Part shown: in pieces, positions 70,976 to 83,920 of the stretch | How positions within the stretch are numbered: position 1 is the first letter of the stretch | Layout: every line of letters starts with the position of its first letter | Assembly: GCF_000400465.1 (NCBI RefSeq) | Contig: NW_008806280.1 | Location: forward strand, 20,001 to 268,000 | Origin: Wallemia ichthyophaga EXF-994 | Taxonomy: Eukaryota; Fungi; Basidiomycota | DNA length: 248,000 nt | Reading direction: 5' to 3' | Position numbers and translations under genes: made by a program | Notes under the pieces: model-generated | Database searches by the model: none | What the model was told of the DNA's origin: nothing | The model's input: the letters and a program-made list of their open reading frames with translations, nothing else

Positions 70976-71862
70976 CTAATTTAAAATGATACAGAATCTA
71001 AGAAAGCCGTCGGGAGATGCCATCGTTGACGCCAGCCACGAAATGTCAGCTTCGAGAGGGATAGCTGTGCCGTGAAGAACGGGATAAGCTAGCTGTGGGT
71101 ATTTGGAGCTGTCTGAGGGGAATAGTAAGGGCAACGATGTCGATAAAGCTTGCTGGAGTGTTAACTTTGGCGGAAGAATGTCTTGAATTACAATCTGATC
71201 TGGTAAGATGAATTTGAGCGGGATTGAGCGCGGTTTTGGCGTTTCATTATCATCCATCTCTTTTTCTTTGATTGACAAGGGCAATGGGAGCAATTTGTCC
71301 GCAATTTTGAAGTATTCGTCAATGTCATTCGACTGAATTGAGTGCCACAGCTGCTCAGTTTGATTAGTTTTTAACTGAGTTATGCGCTTAACAGTGCCCC
71401 AGTATATCAGCTGAGATTCCTTCAAACTACCCATGAAGCTCAGTTTGGTGGATTGCAGGTGAGCAGCAGCACTATCAGCAGAATTGGACAAGTGCAGGAT
71501 GAGTTTGAGAGGAGGGGCGTGATTTTTAAGTGGATTATAATTAAACGTGTAATAATCATACGATAGACCAATATTCCAATGCAATTTGAGCTTATCGGGG
71601 ATGTTATTAGCGGTCGTGTTGCTCTCGGGCAAATCAACGACTTCAAACCAAATATCGTCGTCGTTGATACTGTTAAGCTGGTTGGAGCTATGATTTGATT
71701 GCAGGAACGCATATTTCAATTGCTGGTATATGAAAAATGGGTAGGAATTTCTATACGCCGTGAAGTAAACGGTATCTAGCACGCTAAGGCCATCTTTTCT
71801 AACAGAGAGTTCCAAGGAGACGGTAGAATTCCAATTGAGACTCCTAAAGTAATTCAAGTCAG
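70976..71862 (-). CDS. ATG5: Autophagy protein Atg5
   Basis: YRNSY, WFE, LKLHWNIGLSYD, SPDGFL. Confidence 0.75.
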
Positions 71863-71939
71863 AGGACATTTGAATCGTCTGCTCGGTATGAAGATTCAAA
71901 CTAAGTTGAACGGGTAAAAACAAGGCTAGAAGGACTACG

Positions 71940-72200
71940 ATGAAATTATTCAACAAGTTCAACAAGAAGAGGAGTAACAAGAAGACCAAGAAGGGAATAT
72001 CCAATACAGATATCATTCCGCACCTCTCGCCGTTTGATCCTTTCACATATAATCACGATCCATTTGCAAAACTAGACGACAGTAAGCAAGAACGGAGACA
72101 AGTGCAGTACAAGAACAATCACCTCAAGAATCCAATCTATAAGCTACCTTCTATCGACGATATCAGTTTACCAGATTTATCCGACAAAGGAGGCGCTTGA
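71940..72200 (+). CDS. Small hypothetical protein
   Basis: 86-aa basic ORF. Confidence 0.3.
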   Translation: MKLFNKFNKKRSNKKTKKGISNTDIIPHLSPFDPFTYNHDPFAKLDDSKQERRQVQYKNNHLKNPIYKLPSIDDISLPDLSDKGGA

Positions 72201-72318
72201 ATGGAATTATACCTTAAGTGAAAAGCAAGACACTGGGTATAAAATACGCGAATATCCATGACTCAATATAAATTATATAATGAACCTGTAATATACCGAC
72301 AAGACAGTCTAACACTCT

Positions 72319-75300
72319 TTGTACCATACCACCACCAATATGCCACAGCCGAATCATCGTACAATACCTTCACAGTCTCTAAACACACCAAAGCCAGCAA
72401 AGAAGGCTAAGAAAGTTGCAGTAAAGCTTCCCAGCCGTGATGGAAGAAGGGTTCTCGACACAGACAATGCCACGGACACGGGCACTGCCACTTCCACGCC
72501 ACCAGTTATATCCACAATACCCACATCTACTTCACATTTACACCAGTCTCCTGACGATAATGTTATTGATATCTTCCTTCCAGGAAAAGACGCTTGGGAC
72601 GCTATCAAGCAGCGTGGAATAACCAATCAGCTATACAAGCTGGGAATACACACCCAGCCTACACTATCTGAGCAGAAATATGACTCAAACTTTGATACCC
72701 CACCTGAAAATGACTTATTATCCTTTAAAATGGATAGGTTCTTTAATGACTCGCTTGTCGATAGCAAGACACCCAATCCAGACAACTCCACTCTCTCTTT
72801 GTCCAATTTCAACACCACAAGCTTATCGCCGGCTTTGTCTTCTCCGTCGGGCTACTTGCAGCACTCCCCACTCTCAAACACAGGCCATTTAAGTATTCCA
72901 CATACTTCAGCTCCAGCTTCAAACGCCTCACCCAACCCATCCTCACTTGCTGATGTCGAAGAAGTCGAGGAAGTGGAAGAGGTAGAAAACGCGGCGGAAA
73001 ACTTGGCTTATAACACAGAGGCAGTTGATAACACAGTGTCGACTGATAATACTCAGCAACAAGATAACAAAGACCAATTAGAGGTGGAGAATCATCTCAA
73101 TAACACCTCTCCAAACACCTCAATCATCCCAGATGAGGCTCCTCAATTGCCCCCACCCTCTTTCCAAGAACTCAGCAGAGGGTTTGGCTATGAGCTTGAC
73201 TATGAAGACGAACAGGCTCAGCTAGCCCAGCTCGAGAAAGAGGAAAGAAATCACAAAAAGTCCATGTCAGGATTTTCTATCAAGTCCGATAGCCAGCAGT
73301 ATGATAATGATGAGGATGTCCAAGACGCAGTGGATGAAAAGGACGACGGGGCTACAGAGGATACCGCCACTGCTCAAGACACTGACGCTGAAGCAGTTGA
73401 AGACATTTTCAAAGCAGAAAGTTTAGACGGTGAGTGCGAGTGTCTCACTACACCAAACACTCCTAACACTTTTCGCAGATAACAACACCAACACTGATAT
73501 TGATGAACAAGCCTTCAATTACGAGCTGTATGAGCTGCAGAGAAAGGACACAGAGGCTGACGAACAAGTGCAGCTTCAGCGCGATCAAGAAGAAAACACC
73601 AAAATACCATCCGCATATCCCAAAAGCGCTCTCAAACCGACTGTTACAGAGTTTGTCCCCGCAGCTCCTGCAGCTCCTTTCAAAGACAGCACCAACGAGT
73701 ACAACTCAGCTTTCAAATTCGATCGGTACTCATTACCAGCGCAATACGACGCACCAAAACAACCTATACCCAATCACATGACCAAACGTCAAAGAGCATC
73801 ATCGCGCGCGACCTCGGGCGAGGGTGATAACTGGTCAGGCTTCGACGTCAACAGTGACGGAGGGGACCTCGACACCTTCTCTAACCCTTCCGATGAAGAG
73901 CGGCTGCTACAGCACCGCCTCAATAGCCGCATGATGTCGAATCATGCTTTACAATTCGGGGGTAAGGAGAATGAGCGTGAGCAGGAGCAGGAGCAGGAGC
74001 AGGAGCAAGATGATGAACACACACTCTCTGCGCCGCTCAACGCACTCAATAGAAAGACGTCGCTCTCTGCTAATGCACCGGTGTTTGAGCCCGGCAACTT
74101 CACTTTCAAGTCTGAGCTGAGTCTGAACCGGAGTGCGCCACCTGAAAGCTCACTGGGGTCGCTTCATAGGACGGAGTCGAAAGAGAGTGAGATGCCTTAT
74201 AAGCGGGGACGCCCTAACCCAAGTGATACCTCGGATGACTGGAAGATTCCATCCACGATCAAGCAGGAAGAGGTCGAGGGCGATGTGTACGATGTCAATG
74301 TCAGTGGTGTGAAGCACTCTGACAGAGAGTGCGAGAGCGTAAACGCTTCGCGCACGAACTTGAGTCTGCAGGATGTGTATCACAAATTGGAGCAGCTATC
74401 TATCAACCTCAAAGCACGCGATGTAGTGACGAGGGACGATCTAAAAGAAGCCATTGAACATGACAGAGGCTTAATAATGGAGGTCTTGTTCCGAAACAGC
74501 TCGTCTGGTGATGTTTTGGCCGCTCTTAAACCACAAATCGCATCACTGAAGCCTGATGAAGACGCAATTGCTACGAGGTTATCAGATTTTGTTAGACCTG
74601 ATATACTGTCGTTGATTAATATGGCGGCTTCAGGTGGGTTGATGTCTTGTCTTATTTCACTCAAGCTCACGCTCACGTCACAGACAAAGAGAAGACGGCA
74701 GATATTATCACAGAACACCTCACAAATTCAGACATATTCACGTCGATCAAGACTGCACTGAGTGACATGGTCAGCAGACACAGTGAGCTTTATGACTCAT
74801 TCCACTCAACACAGACAGAGATTTTCACAAATGCATCCTCGCTGCATGCCAAGCTCGGTGATTTGCCTGACGGGATAACGGCGGCGACGGGTGCGCTCCA
74901 AACTGCGACGGAGAAGCTGAACGCGTACTCATCTCTTCCCGGAGAGCTAAAGGGTATGAGTGAATACGTGAGCGATAATGCAGCGCTTCGCAACGACATC
75001 TCCAAAGCACAATCGCACCATGGCAAGCTGCGCACCGAGAAGGACCGACTGCTTGACAAGCTGCGGGTAGCGGAAGAGGAGCGTGACTCAGCCAAGATAG
75101 AGGCGGATCTATCGCGCCAGTCTAGCCGTAAGATTGAGTCCGATCTCGTCAAGATCGAGGCGACGAATGGCAGTCTGATAGAGAGTCTAAACGGAATGGC
75201 GAACAAGTGCGCGCAGTTTGAGCACCAGTTGGAGGATCTGTTCGACCAGAAGCAGACATGGTACGCAGCTGACCGCGACTACCAGGTGAGGGTGAAGGAG

Positions 75301-75939
75301 CTGGAGATGCAGTTGGAGATGCAGAGCAGGGAGCGTGAGAATAAGATGAGAGCGATTTCGGAGGAGCACGAGCGCATTCAGAATCATGCCGAGGAGCTCG
75401 CCCGTAGCTTACATTCCTCTCATCTCGAAAACACTCGTTTGCACAGCGAGTACGAGGATATGTCGCGAAGCTCCCTCGCTGTCAACCAGGACCTCGCCGC
75501 TAAATGTGGTTTACTTGAGAATCGTAATGCGGAGCTGGAGGATGTGGCTGATGGGGCCAGGGAGTCAGAAGAACAACATCTACAGGCGCATCATGCGGCT
75601 AGCCAACACGTACACGAGCTCGAAGAGAAGGGCGTGCAGGATAAGGCTTTGCTGCAGGAGGCTACTAGCACTATCGAGAGACTTTACGAGGAGATGTCCG
75701 CGACGACGCACGAGATGGCCCATCTTAGGAGGGAAAATGAGGGATTGAAGGGGGGTGCGGGTGTAGATGTGGATGGCAGACGCACGCCCACTAATAAGAA
75801 TTACAAGTCACAAGATGTTCACGCCCCCGTACCCGCTTATAACACACCCGTCTCACCGGCTTTCAGCTCGATATCAAAACTCAGCACTAGCACGGCAGCT
75901 ACCTACCAAGCTGACGATGGATGGTTCTATCCGACGTGA
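72319..75939 (+). CDS. Large hypothetical protein with C-terminal coiled coil
   Basis: Three long plus-strand ORFs joined by short introns. Confidence 0.65.
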
Positions 75940-76869
75940 TGAATTATGCTTATTTTAACGCATTTTAGTAATCCAAAGTCGTTGAGGCTGTAGATTGTAT
76001 ATGCGCACCATTGCCTGGAAACATAAAGACCATTTATCGTATATTTTATGTGCACATATGTGTCGATGATGTCATTGATGTTATCTGAGACAGGGTCAGC
76101 TCCGATAAATTCAGCCTTGATAAATTACGCCAAGCTATATAGAAACAAATATTTAGGAGCAAAGACGTTTTGTTAGCCTCATACGACGATTAGAACGTGA
76201 CTTATCCAGCCAAGTTGCGCGTATCAGATGAAGGTGTGTGTGAACTCGGAGGCTGTGTTCGATGGCGAAGACGAGCACGAAATCAGATAGTACTCCTAGA
76301 CGCCACAATCGTCACACACTGTCTCGCTGAAATACTCAGCATCGAGTGAATCTATCATGTCTTCCGGGTCCGCTATATCTGCTGCTAATGACAGCCATGA
76401 AAAATTATATATCCCGGTGATGTACACACACTCATACGGCACCGACGCAGTCATACGTGAGGCTATTCGTCTGTAGGCAGCCAACGTAGTAACAACTCAA
76501 AACAGAGACACTGCCGCTGCCATTCGCAGGTCGCAGCAAGATTGACCGGTCGAGCGCAATACCCAAGACAATGACGATGGGCGGAACTAGCCAGACGAGC
76601 ACAGAGGCTAGAGATAGCAAGAGGAGTGAGGATGCCACGGAGAGGGAGCTAGTGCCACGGCTGGCAGTGAACCAGACGAGCTCGAACAAGGCTAGTGCAG
76701 GATGTGCAGGAGTTTTGCAAGGTGAGTGTAGATAGATGTCTGTGTGAGTGGATACGACGCGGACTGAGCTGCTAAACGCAGGCGACACAGGACTGGATTT
76801 TGAATTTAATAGTTAAATGTAAATGCTATTGATACACTGGAGTTACTAATGTTGTTGGATATATAAGAC

Positions 76870-77211
76870 TCAAACGGCGTCGACTAGCTTTGGACCTTCT
76901 CTATTGGGATGCTGCTGATGCTGCTGATGCTGCTGTCGTTGAGGTGCTGGTTCAGCCCTTGCTTCGTGCCTCTGATTACGCTCATTATTTAGGCCAGAGA
77001 GGAGATTATTGATGAGCTTATAGCGCTGCTCAACCAGGTCATGCTCTACATCATTATCGTCCATTCTTCGAGTGCGTTTGCTTGTGCTGGTTGCTTGGCT
77101 GTCGCTGGGCTTGCACACATCACTACTCCCATCACTCCCAGACCTTTTTCGGTTCATAATATTTGACCTTTGATATTTTGGATGAAGATCACTCCTTTTA
77201 ACCAAATACAC
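76870..77211 (-). CDS. Small hypothetical protein
   Basis: Hydrophilic ORF with YKLINNLLSGLNNER. Confidence 0.4.
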   Translation of the reverse strand: MYLVKRSDLHPKYQRSNIMNRKRSGSDGSSDVCKPSDSQATSTSKRTRRMDDNDVEHDLVEQRYKLINNLLSGLNNERNQRHEARAEPAPQRQQHQQHQQHPNREGPKLVDAV

Positions 77212-77223
77212 TGCTAAAATTGA

Positions 77224-79864
77224 ATGGAAATCAAAGAATTAATAGAAGGTATGCATGTTTTATATCTTCTGAATATAAGTAACGCTTTCATAGCCACAGA
77301 GGGCTTCAACTTGCTTTTCAATGATAAGATTGAGGAGTCGACACGCGAGCTATCCAAACACAATAATGCGTTTGGTAAAACTGGATTAGGAATTATTCTC
77401 TTCTTACAAGCTGCGTTGGGTATGGAGGATGGCATGATGGAAAGGGCACAGGATCAACTTCTCCAGGCCGAGAAAGCTGCCGACTCTGCCAAGAGAGAGT
77501 GCAGCAATGCAAAGCACAATAAGACTAGATTCGCTAGCGCTGCTCCTTATGTGTGACTGATCACTCGTACAAAACAGCAACCTAACAGCTCCTCACAGGA
77601 GCTACTTGTAGCTGCGAATGTAATTGGGCAATCTATGACTCAGATTTTAACGGAATCCTCTGTTGAAATGATCAAAGCCATTTACAAAGTTGGTTGATTA
77701 CTCATACACGCCCACCCGCACTAATTTTAGAACAGCTCAACAGATCCTATAAGCTGTACAACAACTCGTTCCTCACAGTCTTCCCTGGTGGCGCTGCGTC
77801 TCTGCCAGACACTCCAATAGCTTCTCCTTCGCTATCGAGACAACAATCCACCCAAACACTCAACAAACCAGCCCCACCAAAGCCACAGAAAAGCTTCCTC
77901 GCAAAGAAGTTTGGTAGCTTCTTAGGCGGGGCTGGTGGTGGCACAAATACCGCTCAAATCACCACTCCTCAACCGCCATCCGATGAAGTTGAGGAATTTG
78001 TCATGTCTGGTGCTTGTTTCGGATTCGGATTGTTCGGTTTGGTATTCTCGCTTATGCCGCCAAAGCTGTAGGTTATTTGTGTAATAGCTCCACTGTATAC
78101 TCACTCCATTAAGGAAGAAGCTAATTAACGTTTTTGGGTTCAAGAGCGATAGGAAGGAGGCCCTCAAGGCGTTAAGTCTGAGTGCTAGCTACAAAGATGT
78201 TCACTCATCCTTCGCTGCACTCACCCTCCTCTTCTACACCTCATCCACACTACTTCTTGCTGGTTGGAATGCTGATTCAGAAAATGACATGCGCATGTTC
78301 GAGAAAATTTTGAAAAGGTGCGTCTCATTTTGAACTACAGTCACTATTGAGACGATTTATCAGTTGTGAAGAAAGGTGAGCGTCGACGGGATACAAAGAT
78401 GTATATTCACATCCACAGATATCCAGACGGCACCCTATGGACGCTCAACAGAGCCAAACTGGAGCGTATAAATGGAAATGCTGACAAGGCCCTTGAAATT
78501 TTGGGTAGTACGCTCAACAAAGATGGCGGCTTCCCTCAGGCTGAGGTAATTATAGTTTTTGAATACGCTTGGCTCCTGCTCGCCGAGAATAGGTGGGTTG
78601 CTTTTGTGTTCTAGGATACGCTAACAAACCAACTAGATACCAAGATTCTGCACAATACTTCCTTCATCTGATGAAACTCAATTCGTGGTCACACGCCACA
78701 TACACTCTCTTGGCAGCTGGCTGTCATTTGTCCCATGCGCAGGAGGTAGACACAGAGGAGAACCACGCCAAAGCGCACGAGGAGTTTATGAAGGCAAGTC
78801 TGCGTGGTGTGGATAGAGAGGGTATATGAGCTGACATGATCTCTAGGTGCCCAGTCTCCTCAACGCGAAGAAACTCGGTGGACGTAATATGCCAATGGAG
78901 GATGTGAGAAGGGGTTTGAATTGTGACTGATCAACTAACCAAATCGCCCACACAGTTTGCACAGCGCAAAATAGCATTCTGGAAGCGTAAGCATGAGCGC
79001 CGTGTCGGTGCATGCGCGAAACAGGGCATTAGTGTCGATCCTGAGCGATGGGATTTGGCCATTAAGGTAATTTGGGATGTTGGTAGGAATACACACACAC
79101 ATACTCACACATACTCCAGATTAGTCCGGCAGATGTGAGTGGAGTTTGTATGGCTGGTCTTCACTTGCAGCTGACGCACGTGGTAGGAAATGGCATGTTT
79201 CTGGAACAGCTATGGGAAGATAACACGTCACGCTGCTATCAAGCACATGGAATCTTTGTGTCAACTCACACCTGCACCTCTGATCGAGACTCACCTAGTC
79301 GACATGACCAAGGCGGAGGGCAGCGCAGGTGCAGGTGCAGGCACAATGGAAGATCTGGACACACTCGACGAGAAGGCTGTAAGATGTCTTCTTCTCGGAA
79401 TTCTCCATCGCGCTATCGGAGAGCTGGCCTTGTCTCGCAGATACCTCGACGAGTGTGTGTCTTACAGAGGGCAGATCACTGACGATACTTGGGCGCCTGC
79501 ATTTGCGGCTTACGAGTTAGCGGTGTTGGAGCTGAACGAATGCGACAGACTGACAGCTAAGAGTAGGTCGGACAGCGGTACACCAGATTCCTCAGCTGCG
79601 TCCTTCTCCACGGCGAGGGAGGGCGAAGATGCAGAGGGTGAGAAGGCTGAGAAGGCTGAGACGGATGAAAAGACAGTCGAACCATCCACCGCAAAGACGT
79701 CCAAGGATATCTGGAAGAGGGGTATCGACGCTAGTGAGAAACACCTCGCTCTGGTTGCCTCAGGAGAGTTTGGGACTACGTACGATCTCGAAGGTCGTCA
79801 AGGCACAAGAATGTATTTACTAAAGGATGAGATACAGACCAAAAAGGCACAGATGGAGTTGTGA
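77224..79864 (+). CDS. IML2: Iml2/TTC39-family TPR-like protein
   Basis: GACFGFGLFGLVFSLMPP, YPDGTLW, NSWSHATY, WAPAFAAYELA. Confidence 0.78.
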
Positions 79865-79923
79865 GGGTGGTAAAACTGCTTTTTTTTGTTGCTCTTGTAC
79901 ACAGTTACGTTTCTTTGCTACTC

Positions 79924-80124
79924 TCAGAAAATACTCCCGCTCTGTTTGTATTTGCTAAACCAAAGAGTGAAAATTGTGAGACACAAGACGAGGATGATGG
80001 AGTTGAGGGATTTGTAGAGCTGCTGGTACGCAGGATTGTGGATTGGGTAGGATTTGTATATTACATGCCATTGTCTGAGCGAGTAGCCGATGGAGAGCGC
80101 TGCGAAGATGTACACGGTGCCCAT
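79924..80124 (-). CDS. Small two-TM membrane protein
   Basis: MGTVYIFAALSIGYSLRQW..ILVLCLTIFTLW. Confidence 0.35.
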   Translation of the reverse strand: MGTVYIFAALSIGYSLRQWHVIYKSYPIHNPAYQQLYKSLNSIILVLCLTIFTLWFSKYKQSGSIF

Positions 80125-80270
80125 GTTGGGTGTTTGGATGCGAGTGGGGGTGTGGGTTTGTGGATTTATATACACAAAATGCAAATTTTAGCAGCGAGAA
80201 ATGCAATTCATTTAAATTATAGAGTACTCTAGCTAATCTATAGAGACAAAAAAAAAGTGAGTCAGACATA

Positions 80271-81917
80271 TCACAGCGCAACATCAGCCAAGCGCGCAAC
80301 CTCAATAACGCCACCGACGAGATGGAGTGAGCCGCAGACGAGGATGTGTGTGTGTGAGTGTGGATTATTGGTACTATTCACACTCAGGCTCTCACTCCTA
80401 TCGATATAATCCACAGCAGCCTCGATCGACGGTAGTACTTCAACGCAGCCTTTGAATTGGGGGAGGAGGGAGTTCCACGCCGCTTTGAGCTCATGTTGAA
80501 CCTCTAATTCCTGTATAGTGAGTACGTCTACATTCCTAGCCGTGAGATCGCTGGCAAACTCGCCCGACGTGTAGGTCAGATTGGTGCAGAAAATGACCGA
80601 GGTGAAGAGTGTTTCCATGTTCGCGCCCGCTGCGGTGAGGTAGGCAGCGACCACGCCGAGCAGCTCGGTCGGTGACCTGCCCTTAGTGCAGTTAAAGATG
80701 AGGTGAGTGCGAGTGTGTTGTTGTGGCTGCTCCACCTCCAGCTCCCGTTCCCGCCGCGCTCTCACAACCCCGCCGAACCACTGCATGCATGCAGTGAGGC
80801 TGTCAGCGGTATGGCTGCCATCAAGAAACCACGTCGTGCTTGGCCGTCTTGGATCTACCACCGTCTGGCACCTTCCTGGCCACCTAGCCTTTGTGAGACC
80901 GTCGACGAACACCTGCGGAAGACCATTTCTCCAATCGTGCCCCTCTAGCTCACCTTTCCAGCTAGCGAACTTGTTGCTCTTTCCCGCATTCACAAAAGCA
81001 CGCACGACATCGACGGCCAGTCGCGCATTAAGCGCCTGGTGCACACCGGGCAGGCCGAGGGGGAGTGAGAGGGTGTGATTAGCGGGAGCATCGCGTGTGT
81101 CGACTACGCCGAAAGGGGCATTGACGCGCTGAGCACACTCCGCCAGAACGGCCTCGCCATCTTCGGGCTGAGGGACGGTGAGTGCCGCGGCGCCTGCTTT
81201 GTATATCCCCCCTTTATTGAGGGCTATCGCGCGAATAGTCCCGCCTAGCAAAGCCGTGTGGTCGAGACCAAGACTGCTCACAGCTGCTACTGCCGGCGCG
81301 GGGACTATGTTGGTGCAGTCGAGCGACCCCCCAATACCGACTTCGAGGACGGTCGCGTCTACGTCTTCGGCGAGGAACGTGTGGAAAGCTACGAGCGTCA
81401 TGAAGCGGAAGTAAGCGGGTTTGGGGAGAGTGGACGTGGAGTGTGTGTTGTTGACGCTGTCCACGTCGCTCACCTCATCCTCGCCCACGCCATCCAAAGC
81501 CATCCACACGTCAAAAAAGTACTTGGCGAAACGCTCTTCGCTGAGTGGGTGGCCATTGATGCGTATACGCTCGCGGACGGCTACGAGGTGCGGGGAGGTG
81601 TACAGACCCACGCTGGCGTGTGGATTGAGGGACTGGAGGAGGGACGAGACAAAGGCGGCAGTGGAGCCCTTGCCCTTTGTGCCGGTGATGTGAAGGACGT
81701 TGAGTCTGTTGAGATCGCTTGGCGTGTATCCCATCCGGCGTAGATAGACCTCCATGTCGCGGAGCGTGTGTCCACGACGAGCCTCGCGTGCGCAAGTGGA
81801 AGCGGCGATAGTAGCAGCATTGCTCTGTAGGCTGTTGAGGCATTCGATGGCGTGTTGGTAAGTCTTCTTCATGGAGTGATATTGATGGTGCTGGACGAAC
81901 AAGTCAACAACTAACAA
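80271..81917 (-). CDS. MET7: Folylpolyglutamate synthase
   Basis: HITGTKGKGST, YTSPHL, EVGIGG, WPGRCQ, GSLHLVG. Confidence 0.92.
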   Translation of the reverse strand: MLVVDLFVQHHQYHSMKKTYQHAIECLNSLQSNAATIAASTCAREARRGHTLRDMEVYLRRMGYTPSDLNRLNVLHITGTKGKGSTAAFVSSLLQSLNPHASVGLYTSPHLVAVRERIRINGHPLSEERFAKYFFDVWMALDGVGEDEVSDVDSVNNTHSTSTLPKPAYFRFMTLVAFHTFLAEDVDATVLEVGIGGSLDCTNIVPAPAVAAVSSLGLDHTALLGGTIRAIALNKGGIYKAGAAALTVPQPEDGEAVLAECAQRVNAPFGVVDTRDAPANHTLSLPLGLPGVHQALNARLAVDVVRAFVNAGKSNKFASWKGELEGHDWRNGLPQVFVDGLTKARWPGRCQTVVDPRRPSTTWFLDGSHTADSLTACMQWFGGVVRARRERELEVEQPQQHTRTHLIFNCTKGRSPTELLGVVAAYLTAAGANMETLFTSVIFCTNLTYTSGEFASDLTARNVDVLTIQELEVQHELKAAWNSLLPQFKGCVEVLPSIEAAVDYIDRSESLSVNSTNNPHSHTHILVCGSLHLVGGVIEVARLADVAL

Positions 81918-81956
81918 CCATCAACCAATCAACTAAATAACCAATCAACCATCAGA

Positions 81957-82568
81957 ATGGCCCCCCACTCAATGCCGCAGCCACCCGCTTCTCTCTCCGG
82001 CAGCAATCTCAAGATCGGCATCGTGCACACCCGCTGGAATTCGGAGGTTGTCGATGCACTCGTCCAAGGCACACGCAATCGTCTTCTCTCACTCGGAGTT
82101 AAGCCTGAGAATGTAATTATCCAGCAGATCGCTGGTAGCTGGGAATTACCGATTGCGACCAAGAAGATGATTCTCGCTGGTAGAGTTCAGCAAGGGCATT
82201 CACAGAACCTGCTCTCGGGTTTAGATCCACTCAGCTCTCCAGAGGCTCCGGGCGCATCAACAGACACAGCTTCAGCTACTAAAGTCGGCGAGTTCGACGC
82301 TGTAGTATCTATCGGTGTCCTCGTGAAAGGCAGCACACAACACTTTGAATACATCGCTGGAGCTGCGACTGACGGCCTCATGCGCGTCAGTCTCGATGAG
82401 AACACCCCCGTCGTATTCGGCGTGCTCACTTGCAATAACGAGGAACAGGCTAGAAGCAGAGCGGGTTTGGTGCCAGGTGGCCTCGAAAATCACGGTCCTA
82501 GTTGGGCAGACTCGGCTGTTGAACTCGCTGGTCTATCGGCAAAGTGGAGTAAAGGGGTGTTTGAATGA
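81957..82568 (+). CDS. RIB4: Lumazine synthase
   Basis: IVHTRWN, GSWELP, GSTQHFEYI, PVVFGVLTC. Confidence 0.94.
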   Translation: MAPHSMPQPPASLSGSNLKIGIVHTRWNSEVVDALVQGTRNRLLSLGVKPENVIIQQIAGSWELPIATKKMILAGRVQQGHSQNLLSGLDPLSSPEAPGASTDTASATKVGEFDAVVSIGVLVKGSTQHFEYIAGAATDGLMRVSLDENTPVVFGVLTCNNEEQARSRAGLVPGGLENHGPSWADSAVELAGLSAKWSKGVFE

Positions 82569-83530
82569 GTAGTTAGTTTGATAAAGTATACACGCTTAAT
82601 GAATGTGGATATTACAATGGATCGATCCCGTCGAGTTGTCGAATTCGTATAAAGTGGTTCAATGAGTGAATATGCTGCTATCTGGTAGCGCTGTGGTTTT
82701 CCATGACTTTCTATTCTTCTTGATTGTCTATTCTGCTTCTTCTGACCTCTCTAGCCTCTAACTATGCGCCCTTCTAGGGAGGTGGAAGAGAAGTGAAGGT
82801 GGACGGTGGAGTGTTTTTACGGGACTGGTGAGGCGTGGGGAGTGGTCGTTGAGTGGAACGCAGAAAGACTGCTGCTTGGTCAAATAACCGTCAAACTCAA
82901 AAGAATTGCTCTGTGAGGTTGAAGAGGACGTTGAGCAAGTTGAAGCAGACGAAGTCGATGAGACTGATGAGGATGATCTCGATCTTTTCTGTCTTTTGGA
83001 GTGTCAGTGCCGTTCCTGCTACTCAAGCCTTGACTTACACTACAGGACGCCCAGGACGCCCAGCTTTGAAAGGGTCAAGGTCTTGGAAAAGACTGTCCGT
83101 CTTGGCTTCCGTAAGCTTCATCTGGGCTGATTATCTAACACTCCACGTCGACGTCGGTAGGGAGCAAGTCTTGTCGATCGAGTTGTCCAGACTGCGCACG
83201 GATGTCAGGCGGGGGCGAGACAACTCTAATTAAGAATATTTTTTAGGGTAAATGGGGATGGGCCATGTTTGACTAGGTGCATTGAAATCGTTCAACGGAA
83301 TTTATGCGTTTGTTGTACATGTGTTATTTATATCGATGTGAAAATTTGTCAGTCCTGACTGTGCAAAGTGGGAAATGAGAGTAGAATAAGTGGGAGATTG
83401 CTAGTATTGCCAAGTGAGTCAATTAAGACAAATGAGCCAGCCATTTGAGTTGAAAGTGTATGCCAGAGTGGAGATATAAACCAATGGAGCCAATGAGCTG
83501 GGTTATAAGCCATATTTGATATTTGGTAAA

Positions 83531-83920
83531 TCAATAGGACCACTGTGAGCCTGCAGAGTGATCGCTATCGAATGAACTTGTGCTTGTTGTGCTTAATGTG
83601 GACGATGTACTTGTAAGTGAGCTGCTTCGTTGTCTGTTTGAAGCGGCTGAAGCGATACAAGACAATGAATCAGTCCTGCTGAAGGTGCTGAGCGTGTCGA
83701 TATTACTATCACTCCCCCTCAAAACAGCAATTGGCAACGGCTTTGGCAGCGTGTACTTGGATGAACTACGGGAGGGTAAGGGAATGTTATTTGGGATCAG
83801 CTTCAGTGGCGTTGGTGGTTGTCTACGTGGCATTTCAGCGAGTTTAACGACCTGCGTTTTGTTTATCTTTATATCCTGTTGGTGGTTTCGCTTCTCCAAT
83901 GACTTGCACAATCCCAACAA
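83531..83920 (-). CDS. Small Ser-rich hypothetical protein
   Basis: PRRQPPTPLKL; low complexity. Confidence 0.4.
   Translation of the reverse strand: MLGLCKSLEKRNHQQDIKINKTQVVKLAEMPRRQPPTPLKLIPNNIPLPSRSSSKYTLPKPLPIAVLRGSDSNIDTLSTFSRTDSLSCIASAASNRQRSSSLTSTSSTLSTTSTSSFDSDHSAGSQWSY

Noticed and set aside
76296-76788. Hydrophobic minus-strand ORFs as a membrane-protein gene
   Set aside because: No motif or clear splice model; could not be supported.
82853-83233. Overlapping short ORFs between RIB4 and TAP42
   Set aside because: No consistent frame, strand or family; left unannotated.
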